Positions 29,497 through 44,217 of a DNA stretch of 64,000 nt are shown in pieces. This stretch comes from the human T2T-CHM13v2.0 reference genome, Homo sapiens, in assembly GCF_009914755.1 (NCBI RefSeq), contig NC_060928.1. One strand, written 5' to 3'. Position numbers and translations under genes: made by a program. The notes beneath the pieces were generated by a model, which saw nothing but the letters and a program-made list of their open reading frames with translations, was not told where the DNA came from and searched no databases. Position 1 is the stretch's first letter. Each line of letters begins with the position of its first letter.

Positions 29497-32094
29497 GAAT
29501 ATGACACCTTCAAAAGAACACAACAGTTCTCCAGCAAAGGATACCAATTAAAAAATAATTCATGAAATCCCAGGCACAAAATAAATTTGATTCTAAAAAT
29601 GCTCAGTAAGTCACAAGAAAATTCCAAAAGTAATGCAAAGAAATCAGAAAAACAATTCAGGATGTGACTGAGAAATTTACCAAAGAGATAGATATCATAC
29701 AAAAAGAATCAGACATATTTTGGGACTGAAGAACAGCAATAGACTAGATCAAACAGAAAAATCTCAGACTTTGAAGACAGGTCTTTTGAAATATCCCAGA
29801 CAGACAAAAATAAAGAACAAAATAAAAAAGAATGAGCAAAGCCTTAGTGTCCTATGGGACACCATAAAATGAAAAAATATTTGAATTATCAGAGTCCCAG
29901 AAGGTGAAGAGAAAACAAAAGTGTTTGAAAACCTGTTTAACAAAATAATAGATGAAAACTTCCCAAGTCTAGCAAGAAATATAGACAGCTGAAATAGAGG
30001 AGGTGCTGAAATCACCAAACAGATACAATGCAAAAAGGATTTCTGCATTACACATTATACTCAAAAGGTCTAAAGTCAAATAGATAAATCTAAAAACAGC
30101 AGAAAAAAAAAAGTATCTAGTCACCTATAAAGGAACTCCCATCAGACTAACAATGAATTTCTCAGCAGGAACTTTACAGGCCAGGAGAGAATGGGATGAT
30201 ATGTTGAAAGTGTTAAAAAAAAAAAAAAAAACACCCTGCCACCCAAAAATACTATATCCAGCAAAATTATCCTTCATAAATGGAGAAATAGTCTTTCCCA
30301 GACAAGCAAAATCTGAGAGAATTCATCACCACTAGCTGTTCCTACAAGAAATGCTCAAGGTAGCCCTAAAGCTGTAAGCAAAAGGATGGCATTTACTATC
30401 ACGAGCCCACATGAGAATATAACACTCACTGATAAAGCAAATACAAAAATGAGAGAGAAAAAGAGCTAAAATGGTACCACTACAGAAAACCACCAAGCCA
30501 CAATGACAATAGGAGAAAAAGAGAGGAACAAAAAATACTTAAAACAACCTGAAAACAACACTATGATATAAACAAAACCAGACATATCAATGATAGCCTT
30601 GAATGTAAATAAATTAAATTTTCAAAGATACAGACAACAGATAAAAAACCATGACCCAAATATATACTGCTTATAAGAAACACACTCTACCTCTGAGAAA
30701 CTGATAAAGCACTAAATCCAGGGAGAGGATTTAGCAATTCTAAATATATATGTGCCCAACACTGGAGCACCCATATTCATAAAGTGGGATTTATCCTAGG
30801 GATGCAAGAATGGTTTAAAATACATAAATCAATAAATATATCACATCAACAGAAAATAAACATAATTCATCACATCAACAGAAGGACAAAATCCAAAACC
30901 ATATTATCAGTCTCAATAGACACAGTAAAAGCATTTGATACAATTCAACATCCCTTCATGATGAAAGCTCTCAACAAACTAGGCTTAAAAGGAACAAACC
31001 TCAAAATAATAAAGGCCATATATGACAAACTGACAGCTAACATTATATTGAATGGAAAAAAAAGTTGAAAGTCTTTCTTCTGAGAACTCGAATAAGACAA
31101 GGGGGTCCACTTTTACTGCTCCTATTCATCACAGTAATGGAAGTCCTAGTCAGAGCAATCAGAAAAAAGAAAGAAAGAAAAGATAATCAAATTGGAAAAG
31201 AGGAAGTCAAATTGTCTCTCATTGCAGATGACATGAGTTTATATTTAGAAAAACCAAAAGTCTTTACCAAAAAACTCTTAGATCTGACATGCAAATTCAA
31301 TGAAGTTGTAGGATACCAAGTCAACATACCAAAATCAGAAGTGTTTCTATACACCAATAATGAAATAGCCAAAAAAGAAATGAAGAACACAATCCAATTT
31401 ACAATAACTACAAGAAAATATAATACATAGAAATAAATTTAACCAAGGAATGGAAAGAGCTCTGTAAGAAAAACTACAAAATACTCATGAGAGAAATCAA
31501 AGAGGACACAAACAAACCAAAAGACACTCTATTCTCATGGACTGGAAGAATTAATATCTTTAAAATGACCATACTGCCGAAAGCAATCTACAGATTCAAT
31601 ATGATTTCTATCAAAATACTAACATCATTTTTCACAGAAATAGAAAAAAGAATCCTAGCACCCTCCTCAATAAATGGTGCTGGAAAAATTAGATATCCAT
31701 GTGCAAAAGAATAAAACTGGACCCCATCCTTCACCATGTACAAAAATTAACTTGTAATGGATTAAAGACTTAAACATAAAACCCAAAGCTATAAATCTAC
31801 CAAAAGAAAACATTGGGAAAACATTTTGTGACATCGATCTGGAAAAAACTTTATGGCTAAGACCTTAAAAGCATTGAGAACTAAAACAAAAATAGACAAA
31901 TGGGAATATATTAAATTAAAAAGCCTCTGTACTGCAAAGGAAACCATAGTCAGGAGGCAACCTGTTACATAGGACAAAATACGTGCAAAATATTCATCTG
32001 ACAAGACACTAATATACAGAATTCACATGGAACTCCAGCAACTGAACACATTAAAATACTCCAGCAAATAAGCACATTAAAAAGTGGGCAAAGG

Positions 32095-32320
32095 CAGGAG
32101 TTCAAGACCAGCCTGGGCAGCATAGTGATACCCCATCTCTACAAAAAGTAAAATACAATAAAAATTAGCTGGGTGTGGTAGCACATGCCTGTAGTCCTAG
32201 CTAGTCGGGGGTCTGAAGCAGTGGGGTTGCCTGAGCCCAGGAGTTTGAGGTTACAGTGAGCTTTGATTATGCACTCCAGCCTGGGTGACAGAGTGAAACA
32301 AAAACAGTAACCAAAAAAAA
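32095..32320 (+). mobile_element. 5'-truncated AluJ
   Basis: caggagttcaagaccagcctgggc...tgagcccaggagtttgagg; TSD aaaagtg(g/a)gcaaagg. Confidence 0.85.
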
Positions 32321-32370
32321 AAAAAGTGAGCAAAGGATATGAACAGGTAATTCTCAAAAGAAAATATATA

Positions 32371-32610
32371 GGCTGGGTGTGGTGGCTCACACCTGTAATC
32401 CCAGTGCTTTGGGAGGCCGACACAGGTGGATGATGAGGTCAGGAGTTCAAGACCAGCCTGGCCAACATGGTAAAACTCCATCACTACTAAAAATACAAAA
32501 ATTAGCCGGGTGTGATGGCGGGCACCTATAATCCCAGCTACTTGGGAGGCTGAGGCAGGAGAATCACTTGAAACCAGAAGGCAGAGGTTGCAGTGAGCCG
32601 AGATCATGCC
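32371..32610 (+). mobile_element. AluS lacking its 3' end and tail
   Basis: Alu sequence runs from ggctgggtgtgg to gagatcatgcc, then L1 sequence resumes. Confidence 0.9.
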
Positions 32611-33867
32611 AACAGGTATATAAAAAAATCCTCAACATTGCTAAGCATCAGGGAAATGCAAATCAAAATCACAACGAGATGTCATCTTACCCCAGTTAGA
32701 ATGGCTGTTATTTAAAAATAAATAAATAACAGATGCTAGAGAGGATACAGAGAAAATGGAACTCTTATACACTGTGAGTGGCAATGTAAGTTAGTATAAC
32801 CACTATGGAATACAGTATGAAGGTTTCTCAAAAAACTAAAAGTAGAACAGCCATACAACCCAATAATCCCGCTACTGGGTATCTATACAAAAGAAAATAA
32901 ATCAGTTTATCAAAAGGACACCTACACTTGCATGTTTATTGCAGCACTATTCACAATGGTAAAGGTATGGAGTGAAGCTAAGTGTTCACAAACAGACAAA
33001 TGGATAAAGAAAATGTGGCATATATAAACAATGGAATACTATTAGGTCATAAAAAAGAATAGTCATATCATTTGCAGCAACATGGATGGAACTGGAGGTC
33101 ACTGTGTTAAATTAAATAAGCCAGGCAGAGAAAGACAAATTCCACATGTTCCCATGCAGATAGAGAATAAAGTGATAGATACCCATGGCTGGGAAGGGAG
33201 TGAGTGTAGGATGGGCCAATGAAGAGAGGTTGGTGAATGGGTACAAACTTATAATTAGATAGAAGAAATGAATTCTAATCTTTGATAGTAGACTAGGGTA
33301 ACTATAGTTGTCAACAATATATTGCATATTTCAAGGTAGCTAGAAGAGACGACTTGAAATGTTACCAACAAATAGAAATGATAAATACTCCTCAAGGTGA
33401 TGGATATTCCCAAATACCCTGATGTAATCACTACACATTCTATGCATGTAGAAAGCACTCATATGTATCCTATAAATATGTAAAATATTATTTATCTGCA
33501 AAAAGCAGGATAACAGTTTATGTGTGGGAGGGGTGAGGAAGGTACATGGGAATTCCTTGAACCTTCTGTTCAATTTCATGATAAACTTAAAATATACTAT
33601 ATTCTGAAAGAATATAGTATATTAAAAACAAACAAAAATGTGATGATTAAAACATTGAACTATTAGGTCCTATTTCGTGTAGCATGTGAAGATTTTAAAG
33701 AGTGATCTTCATATGGCTTTACAAGCCTTCATAAAACAAATTCTGAGGGTTGACAGGCATTAGTAATTTATACTATAAAAGTGAAATTACTATACGTGAA
33801 TTTTATTTCATTAGCATTCAGCACCCTTAGTTAGACACATATTGCCACATGTGGGCCAATACCACAC

Positions 33868-34187
33868 TGTTTTTTTTGTTTGTTTGTTTTTTGTTTTTTT
33901 TTTTTCAAGACAGATTCTCACTCTGTCGCCCAAGCTGGAGTGCTGTGGCATGGTCTTGCCTCACTGCAACCTCTGCCTCCTGGGTTCAAGTGATTCTCCT
34001 GCCTCAGTCTTTCCAGTAGCTGGGATTACAGGTGGGCGCCACCACGCTGGGCTAATTTTTGTATCTTTAGTAGAGACGGGGTTTCACCTTATTGGCCAGG
34101 CTGGTCACGAACTCCTGACCTCAAGTGATCCGCTGGCCTCGGCCTCCCAAAGTTCTGGGATTACAGGCATGAGCCACCATGCCTAGC
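33868..34187 (-). mobile_element. AluS (Sx/Sz-like)
   Basis: T-rich tail followed by the reverse Alu dimer; flanking cacactg repeats. Confidence 0.93.
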
Positions 34188-35684
34188 CCACACTGGTTTC
34201 TATTGCTGCACTGTTGAATGATTTATTATCAATCAAAAGATAATGCATGTTTGATGCAATACATCAATAAGGAAAAGTCAACGATAAAATGTCATTACCC
34301 CAGGATGTCAAGGGGAGAGTTAAGATATTTCCAAATTAATCATGTTTCTTCAAAATCAAAGAAATTTTTTTAAAACCCCAACATTTAGAATAGGCTTTCT
34401 AAAAGGATTCTGTGCCCTTCCCTGTAATTTTGGACTTTAAAATAAATTAATTAAATGTTTAATAAATGAGTCATCAGCAAATAATTTTATTTATACCTAC
34501 TAATAACCTAAAGGTTGGCCTTAAGTTTTGCCTTGTGCTTGTGATGCTATTGTGTACTATTTTTCCACTGAAGAAAGAACATAAGAGAATGTAGTGAAGA
34601 ATCACACCTTTCTAAGTACGAGCAATCAGATCCAAAAGATGAGCATCCAGAAGACGCAATCTTGGAAAGAAGAGGCCACCTTCAACGGAGACAGAGAGTC
34701 CCATGAGTTAGAATGAATGAATCATAGGCCTGAGGAAAGGGAGACCAAATTGGGTGGCCTTTATTATAAGAATTGATAGGATTTGTCTCAAAAAACTAAG
34801 ACAATAAAAATTGGAGAAACACTATAAAATCTATTCATTTCTATGGATCACTTCCATTTGCTCATTAAATTCTTGAACTGAGAAAAACATAATATATGTA
34901 CATTTTAACTCAAAAAGTGTGTCTTGGAACACATCAATGTTCAAGTCAATAATTTTTTGTCAGATCTTAATTGTTTCTTTTAGAAAACTTTATTTTTAAG
35001 CAAAACATATTTTACACATAACAGAAAAAGATCACATTTGAATTATCAATATATAACTTAATTACTTCACTATAACCATATTCAAAGGTGTACATACTCT
35101 ATTATTACTCGAAGGTAAAGTGTGAAATGGTGTCCTTGCTGATAAGTATGTATAATAGTACCTAAAACAATTTATCAGTTTTAAGCAGTACAGCGAAACT
35201 GCAGGAACTGACTTACACAGCATTCTTTGGTCTCCTCCTAGTTTTGGGAGTTTCTATTTTCCAACAGATTTCTAGCTGAACTCTATTATTTATTTCTCCT
35301 TCCAACACACATTCATGCTCACTAAAGACTACACTTGCCCATAAAAAGCATTTTCATCATATGACTATTTTTAAAAATCTTTTAATGACTCTCTGTTTTC
35401 TACCTCATCAAAAATATACCCAATGAACTTCAAAATTTTCTGAGAATTAAATCTATCCCAACTTCATTTCTCATAATAGGTCACATTATGAACTTTAAGT
35501 CTAACTAAGCTTTGTCATTTTTAAAACATGTAATTCTCATTCTAACTTTGTAATTTATCTTCTATTATCACAGCCTCCTTCCCATTGGAGTATTCTCTAT
35601 ATTCTTTTCTCTCACTTAAATATGACACTTTGAAAAAGCTCAATCTAATTACCAACTCCTTAATGAAATCTCTGTGAGATTAGG

Positions 35685-35900
35685 ACAGCAGTTTAAAGTG
35701 CAGTTCCTGTGTATAGACTGCTTGGACTCAAATCTTTGTTCTGCTATGAACTTTTTGACTTTGGTTAAAGCACTTTTTCTGTGCCTCCATTTCTTCATCT
35801 GCAAAAGAAAGATGAAAATAGCACTTATCTTTTAGAATAGTTGTGAGTAGCAAATGAAATAATGAATGTAGATGACTTGGAACACTAATAAATCAATTAA
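35685..35900 (+). mobile_element. MIR
   Basis: tctgtgcctccatttcttcatctgcaaaa...ttgtgagtagcaaatgaaataatgaatgta. Confidence 0.7.
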
Positions 35901-36022
35901 TAAATATTACATCATTATCAACAATGACAACAGTTTAGTAGTAGTAGCATACTATCCCATAACTCTTAGGCTCTCTATAAGTGATAGATTTCTTGGAATA
36001 CTATGTAAGAAATCACTTAATA

Positions 36023-36348
<326 letters not shown>

Positions 36349-39300
36349 TTACATCATCATCAACAACGACAACAGTTTAGTAACAGTAGCACACTATTCC
36401 ATAACTCTTAGACTATCCTCTATAAGTGATAGATTTCTATTATTATAAGTGATAGATTTCTATCACTTATAATCCATGACATACAATTTAGCCCTTAATT
36501 ATATGTGGATTTGTGTTATTTGCTATTGTCTTATGTTTTACTCTAGTTTTGTCTCTTTAAGTACATTAAAAACCCTAAAGACTCTAGAAACAAAGCAATG
36601 ACAAACCAAAGCTGGAGTCCGGTGTTAACAGAAGCAGTCTATTCTGGAGGTAGGAAATAAGCGAATACATTACCTGTAAAGAATTTTAAAACAAAGTTGG
36701 TGTGGTTATTATCACCTCTCATCAATTATTTTAAACAACATCACTGATAAAATATACCTCCATGCTGGGGGTAGACTACTATACACTGACACCGTACCCC
36801 CACTCTTCCTCCTAAATCACTGCTCTAACATGACCCTTGCAGGAATTAGATTTTTCCTGGTCAGTATTGGGGTTTCTGACATATCTGAAGGCAGCATTAT
36901 TTTTCCAATTTTTTACTATGTTCCACAGTAAAAATATATTTTAAATCACAGCACAGTACACACATAGATACACATATATGTTTCACAGGAGTCATGTGAC
37001 TACTAAAAGGTCATGGCACTGATTTTGAAAAAAATATTGCTCTAATTTGATCCTTAGCAATCCAAATTAGAACTACCAAGAATCTTTTCTAACATGAATT
37101 AGGTAGTTTCCCTGGGGTCCTGTGAACTAGATCTATTTCAACACTGAAACAAACTAGACTTCTGATACTGAGGGGTAAAAAACAGAAATGAAGGAGTTGA
37201 TTTACTTTCCTGGGCCTTGTATCCTAATATGCATAAACAATAGATAATTGTGTATAACAAAGCTAATCCCCAGGCTCAGGGATGAGTATGATGGACTCCC
37301 CAACTTTGTTCTATGGAATTTCTATTCCCAAGTGTGGCCCTAACCATCTCTCAATGTCTCCTCCATTTCTATTCTTCATCTAAAATATGCTTATTACTCT
37401 TATTGAATTCTAGCCAAATTTGTATTCAATTCCAAATTCACATAACAATGAAGCTCATCAGTGTCCATGCCTTTCTAGACCATGTGTTTTGTTTCATTCA
37501 TCTCCACTGAGTGTACTAACTCTTTAGTTATCTCTCTCACAATCTACCCATAAATCAAGTACCTGTCAATGGAGAAATTACTTTATGCCCGTAATTCATG
37601 AATGAAACCAGTCATGATGCAGTATTGGCTGGTCAGGATTTCCTCATGAAAGCTATAGTTAAAAGCCTAATTAACAGTAAGATGAGAAGTTTAGGCTTAA
37701 TGACACATTTAAAATATTACAAATTATTCCTTCTTACCTACTCTCTGGTTTAGGAAAGAGACCAGTTGTAAACAGAGACTTCATCATTATTATAAAATTT
37801 CCAGAAATGTATTTAAACAACTAAAATTTTATCAAAAAGCCCTTGGTAAATATTGAAAAGAGGATGATGTATTCTTAGTTCTACATGAATGGCCATACGG
37901 TTACTTCACATCAACTAAAAAGATGACCTAAATCTGTTTCAGTAGGGATTGTAGGGATTCATTATAGATTAACATGCATACTTTCACTGACTAGCTAGTG
38001 TTAATATGCGCTTTTATTTCCTCTAAGCCATGGTTTCTCTAATTGTTTAAAATTAAGGATATAAATATTATTAACAGTTTTCTGTATGTTCATGATAATA
38101 TAATATAGCAGAAAATTATACAAGAACGTTTAACTATTAAAGCCTTGTAGGTAAAAACACTATTTGCAAAAACGTGATTTTCTACATAGAAATTCCAAGC
38201 TAATTAAGAGGAAAACTGAACTAATAAAGAATTTCAAGGTAACTTGATACAAAAAATAAATATACCAAATTAAGTAACTTTAACACTATAAGCCAACTGT
38301 AAATAAATAAAAAATCATTTCATTCACAAGACCAAAAATCATACAATAATAACCTTTTAAAATGTGGAGAACTCATGTAAAAAAAGTTATATATATTTTT
38401 AAAATTTAACTTAAATTTATTTTACGTTCTGGGATACATGAGCAGGATGTGCAGGTTTGTTACACAGGTAAACGTGTGCCATGCTGGTTTGCTGCACCTA
38501 TCAACCCATCACCTAGGTATTAAACCCCACATGCATTAGCTATTTACCCTGATGTTCTCACTCCCCCCACACCCCCTGACAGGCTCCAGTATGTGTTGTT
38601 CACCTCCATGTGTCCATGTGTTCTCATTGTTCAGCTCCCACTTATAAGTGAGAACATGCGGTATTTGGTTTTCTGTTCCTGTGTTAGTTTGCTGACGATA
38701 ATGGCTTCCAGCTCCACCCATGTCCCTAAAAAGGACATAATCTCATTTTTTTTATACTTGCATAGTATTCCACATTGTATATGTACCACATTTTCTTTAT
38801 CCAGTCTATTGATAGGCATTTGTGTTGACTCCATGTCTTTGCTATTGTGAATAGTGCTCCAACGAACATATGCATGCATGAATCTTTGTAATAGAATGAT
38901 TTATATCTCTTTGCGTATATGCCCAGTAATGGGATTGCAGGGTCAAATGGTATTTCTGGTTCTAGGTCTTTGAGGAATCACCACACTGTGTTCCACAATG
39001 GTTGAGCTAATTTACATTCCCACCAACAGTATAAAATTGTTCCCATTTCTCCACAGCCTTGCCAGCATCTGTTGTTTCTTGACTTTTTAATAATTGCCAT
39101 TCTGACTGGCATGAGATGCTATCTCATTGTGGTTTGGGTTTGCATTTCTCTAATGATCAGTGATGTTGAGCTTTATTTCATATGTTTCTTGGGCATTTAA
39201 ATGTCTTCTTTTGAGAAGTATCTACTTATGTCCTTTGCCCAATTTTTAATGAGGTTGTTTGTATTTTTCTTGTAAATTTGTTTAAGTTTCTCATAGACTC

Positions 39301-42300
39301 TCGATATTAGACCTTTGTCAGGTGGATAGATTGCAAAAATTTTCTCCCGTTCTGTAGGTTGTCTGTTCAATCTGATGATAGTTTCTTTTGCCATGCAGAA
39401 GCTCTTTAGTTTAATTGCATCACATTTGTCAATTTTTGCTTTTATTGTAATTGCTTTTACATTTTCATCATGAAATCTTTGCCAGTGCCTATATCCTGAA
39501 TGTTATTGCCTAAATTTTCTTCTACATTTTTTATAATTTTGGGTTTTACATTTAAGTGTTTAATCTATCTTGAGTAAATTTTTGCATCAGGTGTAAGGAA
39601 GGGGTCCAGTTTCAATTTTCCACATATGGCTAGCCAGTTCTCCAAGCACCATTTATTAAATACGGAATCCTTTCCCCATTGCTTGTTTTTGTCAGGTTTG
39701 TCAAAGATCAGACGGTTGCAGATGTGCGGTCTTATTTCTGAGATCTCTATTCTGTTCCTTTGGTCTATGTGTCTGTTTTTGTACCAGTACCACGCTGTTT
39801 TGGTTACTGCAGGCTTCTAATATCGTTTGGAGTCAGGTAGTGTGATGCTTCCAGCTTTGTTCTTTTTGCTTAGGATTGCCTTGGCTATGGGGCTCTTTTC
39901 TGATTCCATATGAATTTTACAGTAGTTTTTTCTAATTCTGTGAAGAATATCAATGGTAGTTTAATGGGAATAACATTGAATTTATAAATTAATTTGGGTA
40001 GTATGGCCATTTTCACAATATTGATTCTTCCTATCCATGAGCATGGAAAGTTTTTCCATTTGTTTGTGTCCTCTCTGATTTCCTTGAGGAGTGGTTTGTA
40101 GTTCTCCTTGAAGAGGTCCTTCACTTCCCTTGTTAGCTGTATTCCTAGGTATTTTATTCTCTTTGTAGCAATTGTGAATGGTAGTTCATGCATGATTTGG
40201 CTCTGCTCATCTATTGCTGGTGTACAGGAATGCTTGTGATTTTTGAACATTGATTGTGTATCCTGAGACTTTGCTGAAGTTGCTTATCAGCTTAAGGAGG
40301 TTTTGGGCTGAGACCATGAAGTTTTCGAGACACAGGATCATGTCATCTGCAAACAAGATAATTTGACTTCCTCTCTCCCTATGTGAATAACTTTTATTTC
40401 CTTCTCTTGCCTGATTGCCCTGGCCAGAATTACCAACATTATGTTGAATAGAAGTGGTGAGAGAGGGCATCCTTGTTTTGTGCCAGTTTTCAAGGGGACT
40501 GCTTCCAGTTTTTGCCCATTCAGTATGATATTGGCTGTGGGTTTGTCATAAATGGCTCTTATTAATTTGAGGCATGTTCCATCAATACCTAGTTTATTGA
40601 GAGTTTTTAACATGAAGGGATGTTGAATTTTATCAAAGGCCTTTTCTGTGTCTATTGAGATAATCATGTGGTTTTGGTCATTAGTTCTGTTTAGGCGATG
40701 AATTAAATTGATTTGCATATGTTGGACTAGCCTTGTATCCCAGGGATGAAGCTGACTTAATTGTGGTAGATAAGCTTTTTGATGTGCTGCTGCATTTGTT
40801 TTGATAGTATTTTATTGAGGACTTTTGCATCAGTGCTCATCAGGGAAATTGGCCTGAAATTTTCATTTTTGGCTCTATCTCTACCAGGTTTCAGTATCAG
40901 GATGATGCTGGCCTCATAAAGTGAGTTAGAGAGCAGTGCCTCCTTTTCAATTGTTTGGAATAGTTTCAGAAGAAATGGTGCCAGCTTTTCTTTGTACCTC
41001 TGATAGAATTCAGCTGCAAATCCATCTGGTCCTGGGCTTTTTTTGGTTGGTAGGTTATTTGTTACTGCCTCAATTTCAGAACTCGTTATAAGTCTATTCA
41101 GGGATTCAACTTCTTCCTGGTTCAGTCATGGGAGGGTGTATGTGTTCTTGGAATTCAATCATTTCTTCTAGATTTTCTAGTTTATTTGCACAGAGGTGTT
41201 GATAATATTCTCTGATGGTTGTTTGTATATCTGTGGGGTCAGTGGTAATATCTCCTTTACCATTTTTTATTGCATCTATTTGATTATTCTCTTTTATCTT
41301 CTTTATTAGTCTAGCTACTGGTCTATCTATTTTACTAATTTTTTCAAAAAAAAAACAGCTCCTGAATTCACTGATTTTTTAAAGGGTTTTTTGTGTCTCT
41401 ATCTCCTTCAGTTCTGCTCTGATCTTGGTTATTCCCTGTCTTCTGCTAGCTTTTGGGTTTGTTTGCTCTAGTTTCTCTAGTTCTTCTTGTTGTGATGTTA
41501 GGGTGTTGATCTGAGATATTTCTAGTGTTGTGATGTGGGTATTTCATGTTATAAATTTCCCTTTTAACACTGCTTTCACTGCATCCCAGAGATCCTGGTA
41601 CATGGTTTCTTTGTTCTCATTGGTTTCAAAGAACTTCCTGATTTCTGCTTTAATTTCATTATTTACCTAGGAGTCATTCAGGGGCAGGTTGTTCAATTTT
41701 CATGTAGTTGTGTAGTTTTGAGTGAGTTTCTGAATCCTGAGTTCTAATTTGATTGTGCTGTGTTCCAAGAGACTGTTCGTTATGAGTTCAGTTCTTCTGC
41801 ATTTGTTGAGGATTGTTTGACTTCCAATTATGTGATCAGTTTTAGAGTAAGTGCCATGTGGTGCTGAAAAAAAATGTATATTCTGTTGTTCTGGGTGGAG
41901 AGTTCTGTAGATATCTGTCAGGTCCACTTGATCGAGAGCTGAGTTCAAGTCCTGAATATTCTTGTTAACTTTCTGTCTCGATAATCTGGCTAATATTGAC
42001 AGTGGGGTGATATAGTCTCCCCTTATTATGAGAATCTAAGTCTCTTTGTAGGTCTCTAAGAGCTTGTTTTATGAATGTGGGTGCTCTTGTAATAAGTGAA
42101 CATATATTTAGGATAGTTAGCTCTTCTTGATGAATTGATCCCTTTACCATTATGTAATGCCCTTCTTTGTCTTTTTTCATCTTTGTTGGTTTAAAGTCTG
42201 TTTTGTCAGAAACTAGGATTGCAACCCCTGTTTTATATGATTTCCATTTGCCTGGAAAATTTTCCTCTATCCCTGTATTTTGAGCCTATGTGTTTGCACA

Positions 42301-44217
42301 TGAGATGGGTCTCTTGAATCAAGCACACCAGTGGGTCTTGACTTTTTATCCAGGTTGCCATTCTGCATCTTTTAATTAGGGGCATTTAGCCCATTTACAC
42401 TTAAGGTTAATATTGTTATGTGTGAATCTGATCCTGTCATCATGATGCTAGCTCATTATTTTGCAGACTTGTTGATGTAGTTATTCCATTTTGTCATTGG
42501 TCTTTGTACTTCAGTGTTTTTTCAGTGGCTAATAACATTTTTTCCTTTCTATATTTATTGCTTCCTTCAGGAGCTCTTGCAAGGCAGGCCTGGTGGTGAC
42601 AAATTCCCTCAGTATTTGCTCAGCATCTGAAAAAGATCTTATTTCCCCTTCACTTATGAAGCTTAGTTTGGCTGGATATAAAATTCTGGATTAGAAATTA
42701 TTTTCTTTAAGAATGTTGAACATTGGTCCCCAATCTCTTCCGGCTTCTATGGTTTCTGCTGAGAGGTCTGCTGTTAGTCTAATGGGCTTTCCTTGTGGGT
42801 TACCTGGCCTTTGTCTCTGGTTGCCCTTAACATTTTTCCCTTCATTTCAACCTTGGAGAATCTGATGATTATGTGCCTTACTGGGGTTCTATGGATTCCC
42901 TGAATTTGAATGTTTGCCTGTCTTGTTAGGTTGGAGAAGTTCTCCTGGATGATATCCTGAAGTATGTTTTCCAACTTGTTTACATTATCCCCATTTTAGG
43001 TACAGGTTCAGTCACAGGTTCAGTCTTTTTACATAATCTCATAGTTCTCAGAGGCTTTGTTGGTTTCTTTTCCTTCTTTTTCTCTAATCTTGTCTGCCTG
43101 TCTTATTTCAGCAAGATAGTCTTCAAGCTCTAAAATTCTTTCCTCTGCTTTATCTATTCAGTTATTGATACTCGTGTTGCATTGTGAAGTTCTCATGTTG
43201 TGTTTTTCAGCTCCTTCAGGTCATTTATATTCCTCTCTAAACTGGTTATTCTGGTTAACAGCTCCCGAAGTGTTTTATCATGATTCTTGGCAACTTTGCA
43301 TTGGGTTAGAACATGCTCCTTTAGCTCAGTGAAGTTCGCTATTACCCACCTTCTGAAGCTTACTTCTGTCAATTCATCCACCTCATCCTCTGCCCAGTTC
43401 TATGCCCTTGCTGGAGAGGTGTTGCAATCAAGTGGGGGAGAAGAGGCACTCTGGCTTTTTGAGTTTTTGGCATTTTTTTCATTGATTCTTTCTCATCTTG
43501 TGAGTTTATCTAGCTTCAATCTCTGAGGCTGCTGAACTTTGGATGGAGTTTACATAGGACTTTTGTTGATGCTGTTGTTGTTGCTTTCTGTTTGTTTTTC
43601 TTTTAACCCTGAGGCCTCTCTCTGTAGGGCTGCTGCAGTTTGGTGGGGGTCCACTCCAGACAATATTCACCTGGGTCCCTCCCACACCTGGATTGTCACC
43701 AGTGGAGGCTGCAGAACAGCAAAGATGGCTGCCTGCTCCTTCCTCTGGGATCTCTGTCCCAGAGGGGCACCTGCCTGATGCCAGCAGAAATACTGCTGTA
43801 TAAGGTTTCTGGCAACCCCTGTTGGAGAGGGTTCTCACCCAGTCAGTAGGCATGGGATCTGGTACCCACTTAACAAAGCACTCTGGCTGCCCCTTGGCAG
43901 AGGGGGTGTGCTGTGCTGCGGGGAGTCCCACTTGTCTGGACTGCCCAGATTCCCCAGAGCCAGTAGAGAGAAAGACTAAGTCTGGGGATCCACGGAGACC
44001 ATGGACACCACTCTTCCCAGGGGCTCAGTCCCAGGGAGATCAGAGTTCTGTCCCTAAACCCCTAGCTGGAGTTGCTGAAGTTCCTGCAGGGAGGCCCCAT
44101 CCAGTAAGGAGGGATAGGTCAGGATCTGGCCTAAGGAGGAAGTCTGGCCACCATCTGCCACAGCCACTGTTCTGTGCTGTGAAGAATTCCTCCTGGGTCC
44201 AAACCATCCGGTCTCCC

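Larger units (their letters stand above)
27672..33505 (+). mobile_element. Near-full-length L1MA (L1MA3-like): 5'UTR, ORF1 and ORF2 with internal deletions (about 30783 and 31657); THE1 and two Alus nested inside
   Basis: ORF1 motif TLQARREWDD..KVLK; ORF2 RT motifs RQGGPL..LF and KLSLIADDM; L1MA3-type 3'UTR. Confidence 0.92.

Noticed and set aside
36665-36690. ttctttacag|gtaatg recursive-splice-like site on the minus strand
   Set aside because: It lies upstream of the inferred TSS, so it is meaningless without evidence of an upstream transcript.
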